A model generated the notes under the pieces. That model was not told where the DNA came from and did not search any database. It saw only the letters and a program-made list of their open reading frames with translations. The translations under genes were made by a program, and so were the position numbers. Source: Flavobacteriaceae bacterium (GTDB taxonomy: Bacteria > Bacteroidota > Bacteroidia > Flavobacteriales > Flavobacteriaceae). Taken from it: 64,000 nucleotides of DNA. Shown here one piece after another: positions 1-10,797 of this stretch (position 1 is the first letter of the stretch; each line of letters starts with the position of its first letter). Where the stretch lies: the NCBI GenBank assembly GCA_029252345.1, contig JAQXBP010000088.1:71-64070 (forward strand). Direction: 5' to 3'.

Positions 1-374
1 ACATTACAGCCATTAGACTTAAGTTTTTCAATACCTCCTCCTTCAACCAAGCTATTAGGGTCCCTTGAGCCGATAATTACATTTTGAATTTTATGTTTAA
101 TAATTAGATCAGTGCATGGTGGTGTTTTTCCAAAGTGATTACATGGTTCCAGATTAACATAAAGTGTAGACTCTACAAGAAGATCTTTATTATCAACACT
201 ATTTATCGCATTTACTTCAGCATGTTTATCACCATATATTTTATGAGAACCTTCTCCTATAATTTTATTTTCATGAACTATTACACAACCCACTAATGGG
301 TTAGGATAGGTATTACCTGTTTCTTTTGATGCAATTTCAATACACCTTTTCATATATTTTATATTATACTCCAT
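1..374 (-). CDS. ribD: Riboflavin biosynthesis protein RibD, N-terminal deaminase part (CDS runs off the window edge)
   Basis: Not in the ORF track. Manual minus-strand translation from ATG 374-372 gives MEYNIKYMKRCIEIASKETGNTYPNPLVGCVIVHENKIIGEGSHKIYGDKHAEVNAI...LYVNLEPCNHFGKTPPC. The NPxVG, HAE and PCxH..TPPC zinc-deaminase motifs are typical of RibD. Confidence 0.8.
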   Translation of the reverse strand, partial: MEYNIKYMKRCIEIASKETGNTYPNPLVGCVIVHENKIIGEGSHKIYGDKHAEVNAINSVDNKDLLVESTLYVNLEPCNHFGKTPPCTDLIIKHKIQNVIIGSRDPNSLVEGGGIEKLKSNGCN

Positions 375-422
375 GATCACTAATAAAATTAGAATTGTAA
401 ATTTAAGGCAAAAAGCTTAACT

Positions 423-899
423 ATGTTGATAAGACCTATCAATGAATCTGATAACAAATCTCTATCAATTATACTTAGAGAAGTATTAATTGAAATGCAG
501 ATTCCAAAAAAAGGATCTGCATATGAAGATCCTGAGTTAGATAATATGTTTTTGACTTATCAATTACCTAAGTCAAAATACTTTGTAGTAGAGGAGAGAG
601 GTATGGTACTAGGTGGTGCAGGAATAAGCCCTTTAAAAGAAGGTGACGAAAATATTTGTGAACTTCAAAAAATGTATTTTCATAAATCTCTCAGGGGAAG
701 AGGAATAGGTGATCAAATGATACAAATTTGTATAGGTTTTGCTATTGAGGCTGGTTTTAAAAAATGCTATATAGAAACAATGCCTAACATGCTTAAAGCT
801 CAAAAACTATATTTAAAAAAGGGATTTAAATATATAGATAGCCCTCTTGGAAACACAGGTCATAATGCTTGTCCTGTGTGGTTAATAAAAAATATATGA
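423..899 (+). CDS. GNAT family N-acetyltransferase
   Basis: 158-aa ORF with acetyl-CoA binding motif A (QKMYFHKSLRGRGIGDQMI). Confidence 0.75.
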   Translation: MLIRPINESDNKSLSIILREVLIEMQIPKKGSAYEDPELDNMFLTYQLPKSKYFVVEERGMVLGGAGISPLKEGDENICELQKMYFHKSLRGRGIGDQMIQICIGFAIEAGFKKCYIETMPNMLKAQKLYLKKGFKYIDSPLGNTGHNACPVWLIKNI

Positions 900-1738
900 T
901 GACAATTATTGAATTACGAAATATTTACAGAGAGAGACTCAATCTTTCAATCAATGAATGTGATTTTATTTATAAAATAATTTTAAAAGAATTATGTGGG
1001 ATAGATCCAATTAAAATTGCTTTAGATCCTTTATGTCTAATTAATCAAGATTCAAAAAAAAAAATATTAAAAAGCTTAGACCAAATCTCCAAGAATTACC
1101 CTATTGACTATATAATTAATAAAAAAAATTTTTATGGATATGATTATTATGTAAATGAAGATGTCCTAATTCCTAGACCAGAGACAGAAGAGTTGGTTCA
1201 ATGGGTCCTTGAGGATAACTCAAATAATAATAAATCTAAAAAGCTTATTGATTTATGTTCTGGATCAGGTTGTATTGGAATCACAATCTCTAAAGAGAAT
1301 AGAAATATAGATGTCACATTATCAGATGTCTCAGAAAAAGCTTTAGAAATTTGTAATAAAAACAAAATTAAACTTAACACTTGTGCTAAAACAGTAAAAC
1401 TTGATCTTAACTCAAATTTTATATTTCATAATAAATTTGATATAATAGTCTCAAACCCACCTTACCTTAGTACAAATGAAGCAAACGAAATTGGAGAAAA
1501 TGTTAAATTTGAACCCAAAATCGCATTATTTGCTCCAATTAACAACCCTCTTCATTTTTATAAGAAAATTATTGAGTTTGCATTAATTAATTTAAACAAA
1601 AAAGGCCAAATTTATCTGGAAATAAACCCAGTTTTTATTAGAGATTTAAAGCAATTATTATCAGATTTTAATCTAAATGATGTTACCTTTAGAGATGATT
1701 TTAGAGGTAAAAAAAGATTAGTTAAAGTATCGTTTTAA
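896..1738 (+). CDS. prmC: Peptide chain release factor N5-glutamine methyltransferase
   Basis: SAM motif DLCSGSGCIG and catalytic NPPY (VSNPPYLS). Start moved from 869 to ATG 896, which overlaps the upstream stop. Confidence 0.85.
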   Translation: MMTIIELRNIYRERLNLSINECDFIYKIILKELCGIDPIKIALDPLCLINQDSKKKILKSLDQISKNYPIDYIINKKNFYGYDYYVNEDVLIPRPETEELVQWVLEDNSNNNKSKKLIDLCSGSGCIGITISKENRNIDVTLSDVSEKALEICNKNKIKLNTCAKTVKLDLNSNFIFHNKFDIIVSNPPYLSTNEANEIGENVKFEPKIALFAPINNPLHFYKKIIEFALINLNKKGQIYLEINPVFIRDLKQLLSDFNLNDVTFRDDFRGKKRLVKVSF

Positions 1739-1739
1739 T

Positions 1740-3737
1740 ATGAGTAGAATTAAATCTAGAATTTTAGAATTAAGAAGTCTTATTAAAGAACATAATCATA
1801 ATTATTATGATCTTGATAAAAATTTAATTTCTGATTTTGAATATGATAAATTAATTGATGAGTTGATTAGACTTGAAAATCAATACCCTGAATTCCACGA
1901 TGAAAATTCACCTTCAAAAAGAGTAGGAGGTGGACTTTCAGAAAAGTTTGATTCAGAATCACATATTTTTCCTATGTTTTCTCTTGATAATACTTACTCA
2001 GATATTGAGCTTGAAGCCTGGTATAAAAGGATTATTAAGGTTATTGATATAAAAGATTTTGAGTTTTGCTGTGAATTAAAATATGATGGTGCTTCTGTAA
2101 ACCTTTTATATGAAAATGGAAATCTAGTAAGGGGTCTTACAAGAGGAGATGGCTCCCAGGGTGATAATATTACTAATAATATTAAAACCATCAATTCCAT
2201 TCCTCTTAAATTAAAAAATAATTCCTTTCCAAATAAATTTGAAATTAGAGGTGAGATAATAATGCCTAAAACCTCATTCAATTCACTCAATAAAAAACGA
2301 GAGCAAATGGGACTTCCATTATTTATGAATCCCAGAAATACTGCTTCAGGGAGTATCAAGCTATTAGATTCGAAAGAAGTTGCCAGGCGACCATTAGAAT
2401 GTTTTCTTTATTCTGTTGTTTCTGAAGATGAACTTATAAATAATCATTCTGAATTATTAAATACAGCCAGAGATATTGGGTTTAACATTCCATCTTATGA
2501 AAAGGTTGTTAGTGATCTAGATGGTGTTAAAGAATACATTCAATATTGGGATGAGAATAGGCATAATTTACCATTTGAAATTGATGGGGTAGTATTAAAG
2601 GTAAATAGTATTAAATATCAAAATATATTAGGCTTTACGTCTAAATTTCCAAGATGGGCAATTTCTTATAAATTTAAGGCTGAAAACTTAGCTACTAGAT
2701 TAGAGTCAATTTCATTTAATGTTGGTAGGACCGGAGCTATTACTCCAGTTGCTAACCTCAAGCCTGTTTTGATTTCAGGATCTACTATTAAAAGAGCTTC
2801 GCTTCATAGTTATGATCAAATGATTAAGTTTAAACTAAGGTTAAATGATACTGTATTTGTTGAAAAAGGAGGAGAAATAATTCCTAAAATAACAGGAATT
2901 GACATTAAGAATCGTGGTCTTGAACAAGATGAAATAGCATTTCCTTTTAATTGTCCAGAGTGTGAAACAGAATTGATAAAACTAGAATCTGAAGCTAACT
3001 TTTTTTGTCCAAACAAGAATAATTGTAGACCTCAAGCAATTGGCAGAATTCAACATTTTGCTTCAAGAAAGGCAATGAACATTGACGGTTTGGGTGATGA
3101 AACAATAGCACTATTATATGATAAAGGTCACATAGTTGATGTTTCAGATATTTATAACCTAGACTATGAAGCCATATCAAATATTGAGGGTCACGCTAAA
3201 AAATCAATCGAAAATCTTAGAAAGGGAATTGAAGAATCTAAGTTGAAATCTTTTCAAAAAGTTTTATATGGCTTGGGGATTAGATATGTTGGAGAGTCTG
3301 CTTCTAAGACAATTTTGAAACAAATCAAGTCTATAGATGAACTAATATCCTTAGATATAGAATCACTATCATCAATTGATGAAATTGGTGATAAAACATC
3401 ATCAAGTATTGTAGATTTTTTTAAAAATAATGAAAATTTGAGCATAGTAAACAGACTTAAATTATCAGGTTTAAATTTCACTAAAGATAAACTAAGTCCA
3501 AATTCTTCAAGCCTAGCAAACCTTATATTTGTTATATCTGGTGTTTTTGAAATACACAGTAGAGAAGAGTTGAAAAAAATAATTGAACAAAATGGAGGTA
3601 AGATTAGTTCTTCAATTAGCTCTAAGACTAATTATCTTGTTGCTGGAAAAAATGTAGGCCCTTCTAAATTCAACAAAGCAAATGAACTTGAAGTGTCAGT
3701 TATTAATGAAATATCATTAATTGACTTAATTTCATAA
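1740..3737 (+). CDS. ligA: NAD-dependent DNA ligase
   Basis: Adenylation motif CELKYDGASV (KxDG), Cys4 zinc finger CPECETEL...FCPNKNNC, HhH region and C-terminal BRCT-like segment. 665 aa. Confidence 0.95.
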   Translation: MSRIKSRILELRSLIKEHNHNYYDLDKNLISDFEYDKLIDELIRLENQYPEFHDENSPSKRVGGGLSEKFDSESHIFPMFSLDNTYSDIELEAWYKRIIKVIDIKDFEFCCELKYDGASVNLLYENGNLVRGLTRGDGSQGDNITNNIKTINSIPLKLKNNSFPNKFEIRGEIIMPKTSFNSLNKKREQMGLPLFMNPRNTASGSIKLLDSKEVARRPLECFLYSVVSEDELINNHSELLNTARDIGFNIPSYEKVVSDLDGVKEYIQYWDENRHNLPFEIDGVVLKVNSIKYQNILGFTSKFPRWAISYKFKAENLATRLESISFNVGRTGAITPVANLKPVLISGSTIKRASLHSYDQMIKFKLRLNDTVFVEKGGEIIPKITGIDIKNRGLEQDEIAFPFNCPECETELIKLESEANFFCPNKNNCRPQAIGRIQHFASRKAMNIDGLGDETIALLYDKGHIVDVSDIYNLDYEAISNIEGHAKKSIENLRKGIEESKLKSFQKVLYGLGIRYVGESASKTILKQIKSIDELISLDIESLSSIDEIGDKTSSSIVDFFKNNENLSIVNRLKLSGLNFTKDKLSPNSSSLANLIFVISGVFEIHSREELKKIIEQNGGKISSSISSKTNYLVAGKNVGPSKFNKANELEVSVINEISLIDLIS

Positions 3738-3774
3738 ACTTATATTAAATTTGCCAAAATACTCAAGACTAAAT

Positions 3775-4554
3775 ATGTACAGATTTTCTTTATTATTAAT
3801 TATTCTTTTCATGTCTTCATGCAATGACTATCAGAAATTATTAAATAGTCCTGAGAATGAAGTTGATAAATATACTGCTGCAGAAGAATATTATGATAAT
3901 GGAGAGTTTAGAAGAGCAAATGCTCTTTTTGAACAAATAATTCCATCCTATAGAGGTAAACCTCAAGGTGAAAGATTAGTTTACTTTTTTGCAAATTCTT
4001 TTTTTGAAACAAAAATTTACTACTCTGCTGCTATTCAATTCGAGAATTTCATTAAATCATATCCCAATAGCCAAAGAATTCAGGAAGCTTATTTTATGGA
4101 AGCTAAGTCATATTTTATGCTTTCACCACTTTATACTCTTGATCAAGATGATACATTTACAGGTATAGATAAACTACAAGTATTTATTAATAGATTCCCT
4201 AACAGTGAATATGTTGCTGAAGCTCTAGACTTAATGGAAGAGTTACAAAATAAATTAGAGAAAAAAGAATTTGAGGTTTCTAAACAATATTTCACTATTA
4301 GAGACTTTAACTCTGCTATCAAATCATTAGATAATTTTATAGCAGATAATCCTGGAACAATTTTCAGAGAAGAAGCACTATATTATAGATGGCTATCTCA
4401 ATATGAGATTGCAGTTAATAGTATAGAGGCTAGAATAATTGAGAGAGTTACTGAGCTAGAAAGATCGTTCAACAACTTTTTAAGATACTACCCTGATACA
4501 ATTTTCATTGAAGATTTGTCAGATAAAATTAATATAGCAAAACAACTTTTATAA
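3775..4554 (+). CDS. bamD: Outer membrane protein assembly factor BamD (TPR-like lipoprotein)
   Basis: Lipoprotein signal LLIILFMSSC and TPR-like repeats (YYDNGEFRRANALFEQI..., FIKSYPNSQRIQEAYF...). Sits upstream of rpoZ-coaBC-recN as in Flavobacteriia. Start taken at ATG 3775 rather than TTG 3751. Confidence 0.75.
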   Translation: MYRFSLLLIILFMSSCNDYQKLLNSPENEVDKYTAAEEYYDNGEFRRANALFEQIIPSYRGKPQGERLVYFFANSFFETKIYYSAAIQFENFIKSYPNSQRIQEAYFMEAKSYFMLSPLYTLDQDDTFTGIDKLQVFINRFPNSEYVAEALDLMEELQNKLEKKEFEVSKQYFTIRDFNSAIKSLDNFIADNPGTIFREEALYYRWLSQYEIAVNSIEARIIERVTELERSFNNFLRYYPDTIFIEDLSDKINIAKQLL

Positions 4555-4562
4555 ACAAACTA

Positions 4563-4895
4563 ATGAATAAATACAGAAATACTAACGCTGCAAATACAAC
4601 AAAAACTTACAATAAGCATGAGATCGAAGATCCTACTAATAATATTTATGAGGCAATCTCAATAATTGCTAAAAGGTCAAGTCAAATTAATTCTGAAATT
4701 AAAAAGGAACTTCACGATAAACTTGATGAATTTGCTACTCACAACGACAGCTTAGAAGAAATATTTGAAAACAAGGAACAAATTGAAGTTTCTAGGTTCT
4801 ATGAAAAGCTTCCTAAGCCATATGCAATTGCTGTTCAAGAATGGTTAGATGATAAAATTTACTTCAGAGATACTGATTCTGAAAGTGAGCAATAA
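4563..4895 (+). CDS. rpoZ: DNA-directed RNA polymerase subunit omega (Rpb6-like)
   Basis: 110-aa ORF with NIYEAISIIAKRSSQIN, an omega-like helix. It occupies the conserved bamD / coaBC position seen in Bacteroidota. Assignment is by context and weak motif only. Confidence 0.6.
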   Translation: MNKYRNTNAANTTKTYNKHEIEDPTNNIYEAISIIAKRSSQINSEIKKELHDKLDEFATHNDSLEEIFENKEQIEVSRFYEKLPKPYAIAVQEWLDDKIYFRDTDSESEQ

Positions 4896-4906
4896 ACTTC
4901 TATAAT

Positions 4907-6118
4907 ATGAGTGTTTTAGCTCAGAAAAATATTTTAATAGGAGTTTCAGGAGGAATAGCTGCATACAAGATACCTTTGTTGATAAGGCAACTAACAAAGC
5001 TAAACTCTAATGTAAAAGTCGTAATGACTCCATCATCAAAAGAGTTTGTTACACCTCTAACTCTATCAACGGTATCCAAAAATGATGTGTTTTCAGAATT
5101 TACTACCAAAAAGAATAATAATCCTTCTTGGAATAATCATGTCGAGCTTGCTGAGTGGGCTGATATTTTTATAATCGCTCCAGCAACATCAAATACAATT
5201 TCTTCAATGGCTAACGCTAGGTGTGATAATCTCCTTTTGGCTTGTTTCTTATCATCTAATTGTCCTGTCTTTGTTGCTCCTGCTATGGATCTTGAAATGT
5301 TTAAAAACAATCTAAATCAAGAAAACATAAAAAAGTTAAAAAATAATTGCACAGATATTTTACCAGTAGGCACTGGATCTTTAGCAAGTGGTCTTGAGGG
5401 TGAGGGTAGGATGCTTGAGCCTAATGAAATAATTGATTATGTGGAAAATAGAATTAAGGAAACACTTCCATTAAAAGATTTGAATTTTTTAATTACAGCT
5501 GGGCCAACTCACGAAAAAATTGATCCAGTTAGATATATTGGAAACAGCTCATCTGGTAAAATGGGATATAATCTTGCTCAAAAAGCAGTTGAACTTGGAG
5601 CTAATGTTACTTTAATTATTGGCCCTACAAATCTTGTTATGGATCTTAAAAATATTAAAACAATTAGGGTTGAAGACTCTCAAGAAATGTTTAATGAGAC
5701 AATTACATTATTTGAAGATTCAGATGTAGTAATCTGTTCTGCTGCTATATCTGATTTCAAACCTGTAGAAGTTCAACAAAATAAAATAAAAAAGGAAAAA
5801 GGTCTAGATTCAATTAAACTTGAACCTACTATTGATATATTAAAGAAATTAGGTAGTATTAAAACTTCACAATATCTGGTTGGATTTGCTCTTGAGACTG
5901 ATAATATTATAAAGAATGCAAAAAATAAATTAAAATCAAAAAACCTAGATGCTATAGTCGTTAATAAAATTGATGATTTTAATCCAATTTCAAGTGACTA
6001 TAATCAAATTGATTTTATAAATTCAACTTTAAAAATAACTTCATTTGACAAAAAGTTAAAGTCTGATGTTTCAGTTGATATTTTAAACCAGATTATAAAA
6101 AATGTTAAAGACACTTAA
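4907..6118 (+). CDS. coaBC: Bifunctional phosphopantothenoylcysteine decarboxylase / phosphopantothenate-cysteine ligase
   Basis: N-terminal flavoprotein domain (GVSGGIAAYK, PAMDLEM) and C-terminal CoaB domain (ITAGPTHEKIDPVRYIGNSSSGKMG). 403 aa. Confidence 0.9.
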   Translation: MSVLAQKNILIGVSGGIAAYKIPLLIRQLTKLNSNVKVVMTPSSKEFVTPLTLSTVSKNDVFSEFTTKKNNNPSWNNHVELAEWADIFIIAPATSNTISSMANARCDNLLLACFLSSNCPVFVAPAMDLEMFKNNLNQENIKKLKNNCTDILPVGTGSLASGLEGEGRMLEPNEIIDYVENRIKETLPLKDLNFLITAGPTHEKIDPVRYIGNSSSGKMGYNLAQKAVELGANVTLIIGPTNLVMDLKNIKTIRVEDSQEMFNETITLFEDSDVVICSAAISDFKPVEVQQNKIKKEKGLDSIKLEPTIDILKKLGSIKTSQYLVGFALETDNIIKNAKNKLKSKNLDAIVVNKIDDFNPISSDYNQIDFINSTLKITSFDKKLKSDVSVDILNQIIKNVKDT

Positions 6119-7754
6119 AATTAATAATTATGCTTTAATAGATTCTATTGAAATTTCTTTCGATAGCGGTATGACATCTATTACAGGTGAAACAGGTGCT
6201 GGTAAATCAATAATTTTAGGAGGTCTTTCAATGGTTCTTGGTTCTAGAATTGATAATTCAAAAATCATAAATAAGGATAAAAAATGTTTTGTTGAAGCGG
6301 TATTTGATCTTAAAGATCTAGATTCAATTGATTTTTTTGCCAATAATGACTTAGATTTTGATGAAATTACAATAATAAGAAGGGAAGTTAATCAAAATGG
6401 TAAATCAAGAGCCTTTATTAATGACACCCCAGTCAAACTGGAACTTCTATCAAGTCTAACAAATAAATTAATTGATGTTCATTCACAGTTTAATAATTTA
6501 AGTATACTAGATTCAAATTTTATCTTCTTAATTCTAGATTCCCTCTCTAATAATTTAGATGATTTTAAAATATATTTAAATGAATTTAAATCATTACAAT
6601 TAATTGAAAAGGAGATTGAAAAAAAGAGACTAATTAGAGAGAAATTAAATTCTGATTTTGACTATAATAAATTTCTGTATACTGAATTTCAGGGTCTTGA
6701 TCTTGAAAATTTAAATCTTGAAGATCTTCATAACAAAGTTAAAGAAGCTGACAATGTTGATCAAATAAAAGATATTTTATCTAATATTAATAATGAGTTT
6801 AATACTGATGAATTAGGCATATCAGATAAGTTATCTCAAATAGTTAAAAGTCTAAGTAAGGTTTCAAATTCATCAAATCGTCTTAATGAGTTAAGTCAGA
6901 ATCTTAATTTAGTTAATGAAAATTTAAATCAAATTGTAAATGATTCTGAACTGATTCTTAATGATATTTCAAATTCTGATGAAAACATTGATAGTTTAAG
7001 AAATACTTTGGATAAGGTTTTTTCTCTTCAAAATAAACATAAGGTTGATTCATTAGATGATTTGTTAATCCTTAAGCAAGGTTTAGCATCAAAAATATCA
7101 AGTCATGACAACATAGATGTTGAAATTGATCAGCTTGAAAAAAATCTTAAATTGATTAAAACCAGTCTACTATCAAAAGCAAACAAAATTCATGATAAAA
7201 GAAATTCTGTAATTCCAGAATTTCAAGTTTTAATGAATAAAAATTTATCAGAATTAGGAATGGATAAGTCAGACATTAAGATTGATTTTATCAAAAGTGA
7301 AACTATTCATAGAAATGGAATTAGCGATGGCAAATTTTTATTTAAATCAAATACTGGTTTACTATATAGTGAATTAAAAGATATAGCTTCAGGAGGAGAA
7401 ATATCCAGAGTTATGCTTTCTATTAAATCTATTCTATCAAGCTTTACTAAATTATCATCGATAATTTTTGATGAAATTGATACAGGTATATCAGGTGCTG
7501 TATCTTCCAAAGTTGCAGAGCTTATGAAACATATGTCAAAAAAAATGCAAGTAATAGTTATCACACATACTCCACAGGTAGCATCTAAGGGAGATTTTCA
7601 CTATAAAGTCTTTAAAAGAGAAGATAATAACAAAATTATTACTGATGTAAAGTTACTTTCTGATAAAGAGAGAGTTAATGAGATAGCAGAAATGTTGTCA
7701 GGAGATAAATCAAACAAATCTGCTCATGAACTTGCAAGTGAATTATTGAATTAA
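6102..7754 (+). CDS. recN: DNA repair protein RecN
   Basis: N-terminus MLKTLKINNYALIDSIEISF, Walker A GETGAGKSI, long coiled-coil middle, SMC signature SGGEISRVMLSIK and Walker B IIFDEIDTG. Confidence 0.9.
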   Translation: MLKTLKINNYALIDSIEISFDSGMTSITGETGAGKSIILGGLSMVLGSRIDNSKIINKDKKCFVEAVFDLKDLDSIDFFANNDLDFDEITIIRREVNQNGKSRAFINDTPVKLELLSSLTNKLIDVHSQFNNLSILDSNFIFLILDSLSNNLDDFKIYLNEFKSLQLIEKEIEKKRLIREKLNSDFDYNKFLYTEFQGLDLENLNLEDLHNKVKEADNVDQIKDILSNINNEFNTDELGISDKLSQIVKSLSKVSNSSNRLNELSQNLNLVNENLNQIVNDSELILNDISNSDENIDSLRNTLDKVFSLQNKHKVDSLDDLLILKQGLASKISSHDNIDVEIDQLEKNLKLIKTSLLSKANKIHDKRNSVIPEFQVLMNKNLSELGMDKSDIKIDFIKSETIHRNGISDGKFLFKSNTGLLYSELKDIASGGEISRVMLSIKSILSSFTKLSSIIFDEIDTGISGAVSSKVAELMKHMSKKMQVIVITHTPQVASKGDFHYKVFKREDNNKIITDVKLLSDKERVNEIAEMLSGDKSNKSAHELASELLN

Positions 7755-7771
7755 ACTATATTTACAATACA

Positions 7772-8584
7772 ATGGGAAATAATATTTTAAAAGGTAAAAA
7801 GGGAATTATATTCGGTGCTTTAGATAATAGTTCTATTGCTTGGAAGACAGCTGAAAGTGTATACAATGAAGGAGGTGAATTTGTTTTAACAAATGCTCCT
7901 GTTTCTATTAGAATGGGATCAATTAACGAATTGGCTGAAAAGACAAAATCAGATGTAGTTCCAGCAGATGCAACTAGTCTTGAGGATCTTGAAAACTTGA
8001 TTAATGTAGCAACAGAAAAATTTGGTAAGCTTGATTTTATTCTTCATTCTATTGGTATGTCAGTTAATGTTAGAAAAGGTAGGGAGTATACAGACTTAAA
8101 TTACGACTGGCTAACTAAAGGTTGGGATGTTTCTGCTGTTTCTTTTCATAAATTAATGCAATCTCTTTTTAAATTGGATGCAATGAATCAATGGGGTAGT
8201 ATAGTCGCACTTACCTATATTGCAGCTCAACGAGCTTTCCCAAACTACAATGATATGGCTGACAATAAAGCTTATTTAGAGTCAATAGCTAGAAGTTTTG
8301 GATATATATTTGGTAAAGAAAAAAATGTTAGAGTTAATACAATTTCTCAGTCTCCAACTCTTACTACCGCAGGAAAAGGTGTTAAAGGACTTGATGATTT
8401 TCTTAATTATGCTCAATTAACTTCACCTCTTGGAAATGCAACTGCAGAAGATTGTGCAAATCTTACGGTATCTTTATTTTCGGATTACACAAAAAGAGTG
8501 ACACTACAAAATATATTTAATGATGGTGGATTTTCTAATGTTGGAGTTAGTCAAGAAATTATTGATAAATTAAATTCAAAATGA
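7772..8584 (+). CDS. fabI: Enoyl-[acyl-carrier-protein] reductase (NADH), FabI type
   Basis: GKKGIIFGALDNSSIAW N-terminus and Y-x6-K active-site spacing (YNDMADNK). 270 aa SDR. Confidence 0.85.
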   Translation: MGNNILKGKKGIIFGALDNSSIAWKTAESVYNEGGEFVLTNAPVSIRMGSINELAEKTKSDVVPADATSLEDLENLINVATEKFGKLDFILHSIGMSVNVRKGREYTDLNYDWLTKGWDVSAVSFHKLMQSLFKLDAMNQWGSIVALTYIAAQRAFPNYNDMADNKAYLESIARSFGYIFGKEKNVRVNTISQSPTLTTAGKGVKGLDDFLNYAQLTSPLGNATAEDCANLTVSLFSDYTKRVTLQNIFNDGGFSNVGVSQEIIDKLNSK

Positions 8585-9159
8585 AAATCATTGGATTAAC
8601 CGGAGGAATTGGGTCTGGAAAATCTACTGTTTTAGAACTTTTTAAAAATTTAGGAGTTAAAACATACAGTGCTGACGAGTCTTCAAAAAAATTGGTTAAT
8701 ACAGATCCTTATTTAATCAATTTGATAAAGACTTCTTTTGGAGATAATATCTATGATAATGGTCATTTAAACTCTAAAAAGTTATCCAAAATTGTTTTTG
8801 AAGATACAGAAAAATTGAAATTACTTAATTCAATCATTCATCCTGCAGTTGCAAGAGACTTTGAGTTTTTTTTAAATTCAAATAATGAAGATTATATAGT
8901 TAAAGAGGCTGCAATTATTTTTGAAACTAAATCTGAGAATAAATATGACAAAATTATTTTTATTCAATCACCTTTAGAAATTAGAATTGAAAGAGTTATT
9001 AATAGAGATAATCTTTCTAGAAAAGAAGTAATGAAAAGAATTAATAATCAACTAAATGAAAATTTAATTATTGATAAGTGTGATTATGTAATTAGCAATG
9101 TAAATAAGGAAGATCTAGAAGATAAAGTCTTAGAAATTCATCTTGATTTAAAAGCATAG
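8581..9159 (+). CDS. coaE: Dephospho-CoA kinase
   Basis: P-loop IGLTGGIGSGKST. 192 aa. ATGA overlap with the fabI stop. Confidence 0.85.
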   Translation: MKIIGLTGGIGSGKSTVLELFKNLGVKTYSADESSKKLVNTDPYLINLIKTSFGDNIYDNGHLNSKKLSKIVFEDTEKLKLLNSIIHPAVARDFEFFLNSNNEDYIVKEAAIIFETKSENKYDKIIFIQSPLEIRIERVINRDNLSRKEVMKRINNQLNENLIIDKCDYVISNVNKEDLEDKVLEIHLDLKA

Positions 9160-9218
9160 CTATATACATTAACATTTCATTAAGAAATTTTAATTTTAAA
9201 AATGAGAATTTTATATAA

Positions 9219-10796
9219 ATGAATAAGAACCTATATACATCCTTAGTTCTTTTAATGTCATTTTCTTTGATTGGAATTATTCTAATGCAAGGTTACTGGA
9301 TATATTCTGCATGGCAGACTAAAGAAGAAGAGTTTTCACTAGCTGTTAATAGAACTCTCAGGGAAGTTGTTGACGAAATTCAAAGTAGAGAGCTTAATGA
9401 CTATGTGTTTACTTATCAATTACTAATTGATTCTTTAGGAACTCCTGATGAATCAAACTTTACCGATGTTTTTTTATTTTTAGATGAAGACCAATCATCT
9501 AATCTTTCTACCTTTTTTGCTTATGGAATTCTTGAAGAAGATTATAATATAAATTTACCTGATAATCTTTCTAATAGGTATGGAGATGATGATCTAAAAG
9601 ACTATAAAGCAGTAAAAACTACTATAGTTAACAAAAATATTTTTGATAGAAGGGAGAATAGATTAAATGCATCTATATCTAAACTTAAAAGTGTTGAAGA
9701 TATAGATTTATTCAAGTTTGAGAAATATAAAGCTGCTTTTCAAGAATATGCCTCTTCCCTTCCTATACATAAAAGAACTACTTCGCGTGAGATTCAAATA
9801 TTACTAAATCAAGGATTTAATGATAGAAATATTATTACCCCATATGAATTTGGTATTTATAGTAACGGTCTGTCCACCAAGGTTAAATCAAATAATTATC
9901 TAGAAGTTCAGTCAGGCCCAAAATATTCTATTCCATTTTTATATGATAGATCTGGTCCTGTGCCATATAATTTAATCGTTTCATTTCCAGAAAAGCAAGA
10001 ATATGTTCTTTCCGGTATTATAGGAGTTGCTACACTGTCTTTTATGCTTACTCTAGTTATTGTAGTTATTTCAACTAGTGCACTCTATCAAATTATTCAG
10101 CAAAAAAAACTATCTGAAATTAAAAATGATTTTATTAACAACATATCTCATGAATTTAAAACACCTATTGCAACTATAAATTTAGCTCTTGATGCAATCA
10201 CAAGTTCTAAAAACAATTTAAATGATAAGTTCATTTCTTATTTGGGAATGATTAGAGAAGAAAACTCTAGAATGTTATCTCAAGTAGAAAATATACTTAG
10301 GATATCTCAGTTAGAAAAGAGTTCTAATCCTTTTGACATGGAAGAAACTAATATTCATGAAGTGATTGAAGATGCGTTAGAACATGTGAAATTAATAGTT
10401 GAAAGTAAAAAAGGTTCAATTAAACTGTTTCTTAAAGCTGAAAATTATAACATTAAAGGAAACAGTAATCACCTAGAAAATATTATTATTAATATTCTAG
10501 ATAATGCAGTAAAGTATTCTGAAGAAAATCCACAGATAGTTATTTCCTCTCTAAACTCAAACAAAGATATTATATTATGTGTTGAGGATAACGGAATCGG
10601 AATGGATAATAATACCCAAAAAATGATATTTGAAAAATTCTACAGAGAACAAAATGGAAATATTCACAATATTAAAGGACATGGTCTTGGATTGTCTTAT
10701 GTTAAAAAAGTTATTGACTTTCATAATGGAAAAATTTCATTGGAAAGTAAAAAAGGTACAGGAACAAAGTTTTATATAACTCTTAAAAATATTTAA
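9219..10796 (+). CDS. Two-component sensor histidine kinase
   Basis: Two hydrophobic segments flank a roughly 230-aa extracytoplasmic region. H-box SHEFKTPIATI, N-box NILDNAVKYS, G-boxes EDNGIGM and GHGLGLSYV. Confidence 0.9.
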   Translation: MNKNLYTSLVLLMSFSLIGIILMQGYWIYSAWQTKEEEFSLAVNRTLREVVDEIQSRELNDYVFTYQLLIDSLGTPDESNFTDVFLFLDEDQSSNLSTFFAYGILEEDYNINLPDNLSNRYGDDDLKDYKAVKTTIVNKNIFDRRENRLNASISKLKSVEDIDLFKFEKYKAAFQEYASSLPIHKRTTSREIQILLNQGFNDRNIITPYEFGIYSNGLSTKVKSNNYLEVQSGPKYSIPFLYDRSGPVPYNLIVSFPEKQEYVLSGIIGVATLSFMLTLVIVVISTSALYQIIQQKKLSEIKNDFINNISHEFKTPIATINLALDAITSSKNNLNDKFISYLGMIREENSRMLSQVENILRISQLEKSSNPFDMEETNIHEVIEDALEHVKLIVESKKGSIKLFLKAENYNIKGNSNHLENIIINILDNAVKYSEENPQIVISSLNSNKDIILCVEDNGIGMDNNTQKMIFEKFYREQNGNIHNIKGHGLGLSYVKKVIDFHNGKISLESKKGTGTKFYITLKNI

Positions 10797-10797
10797 T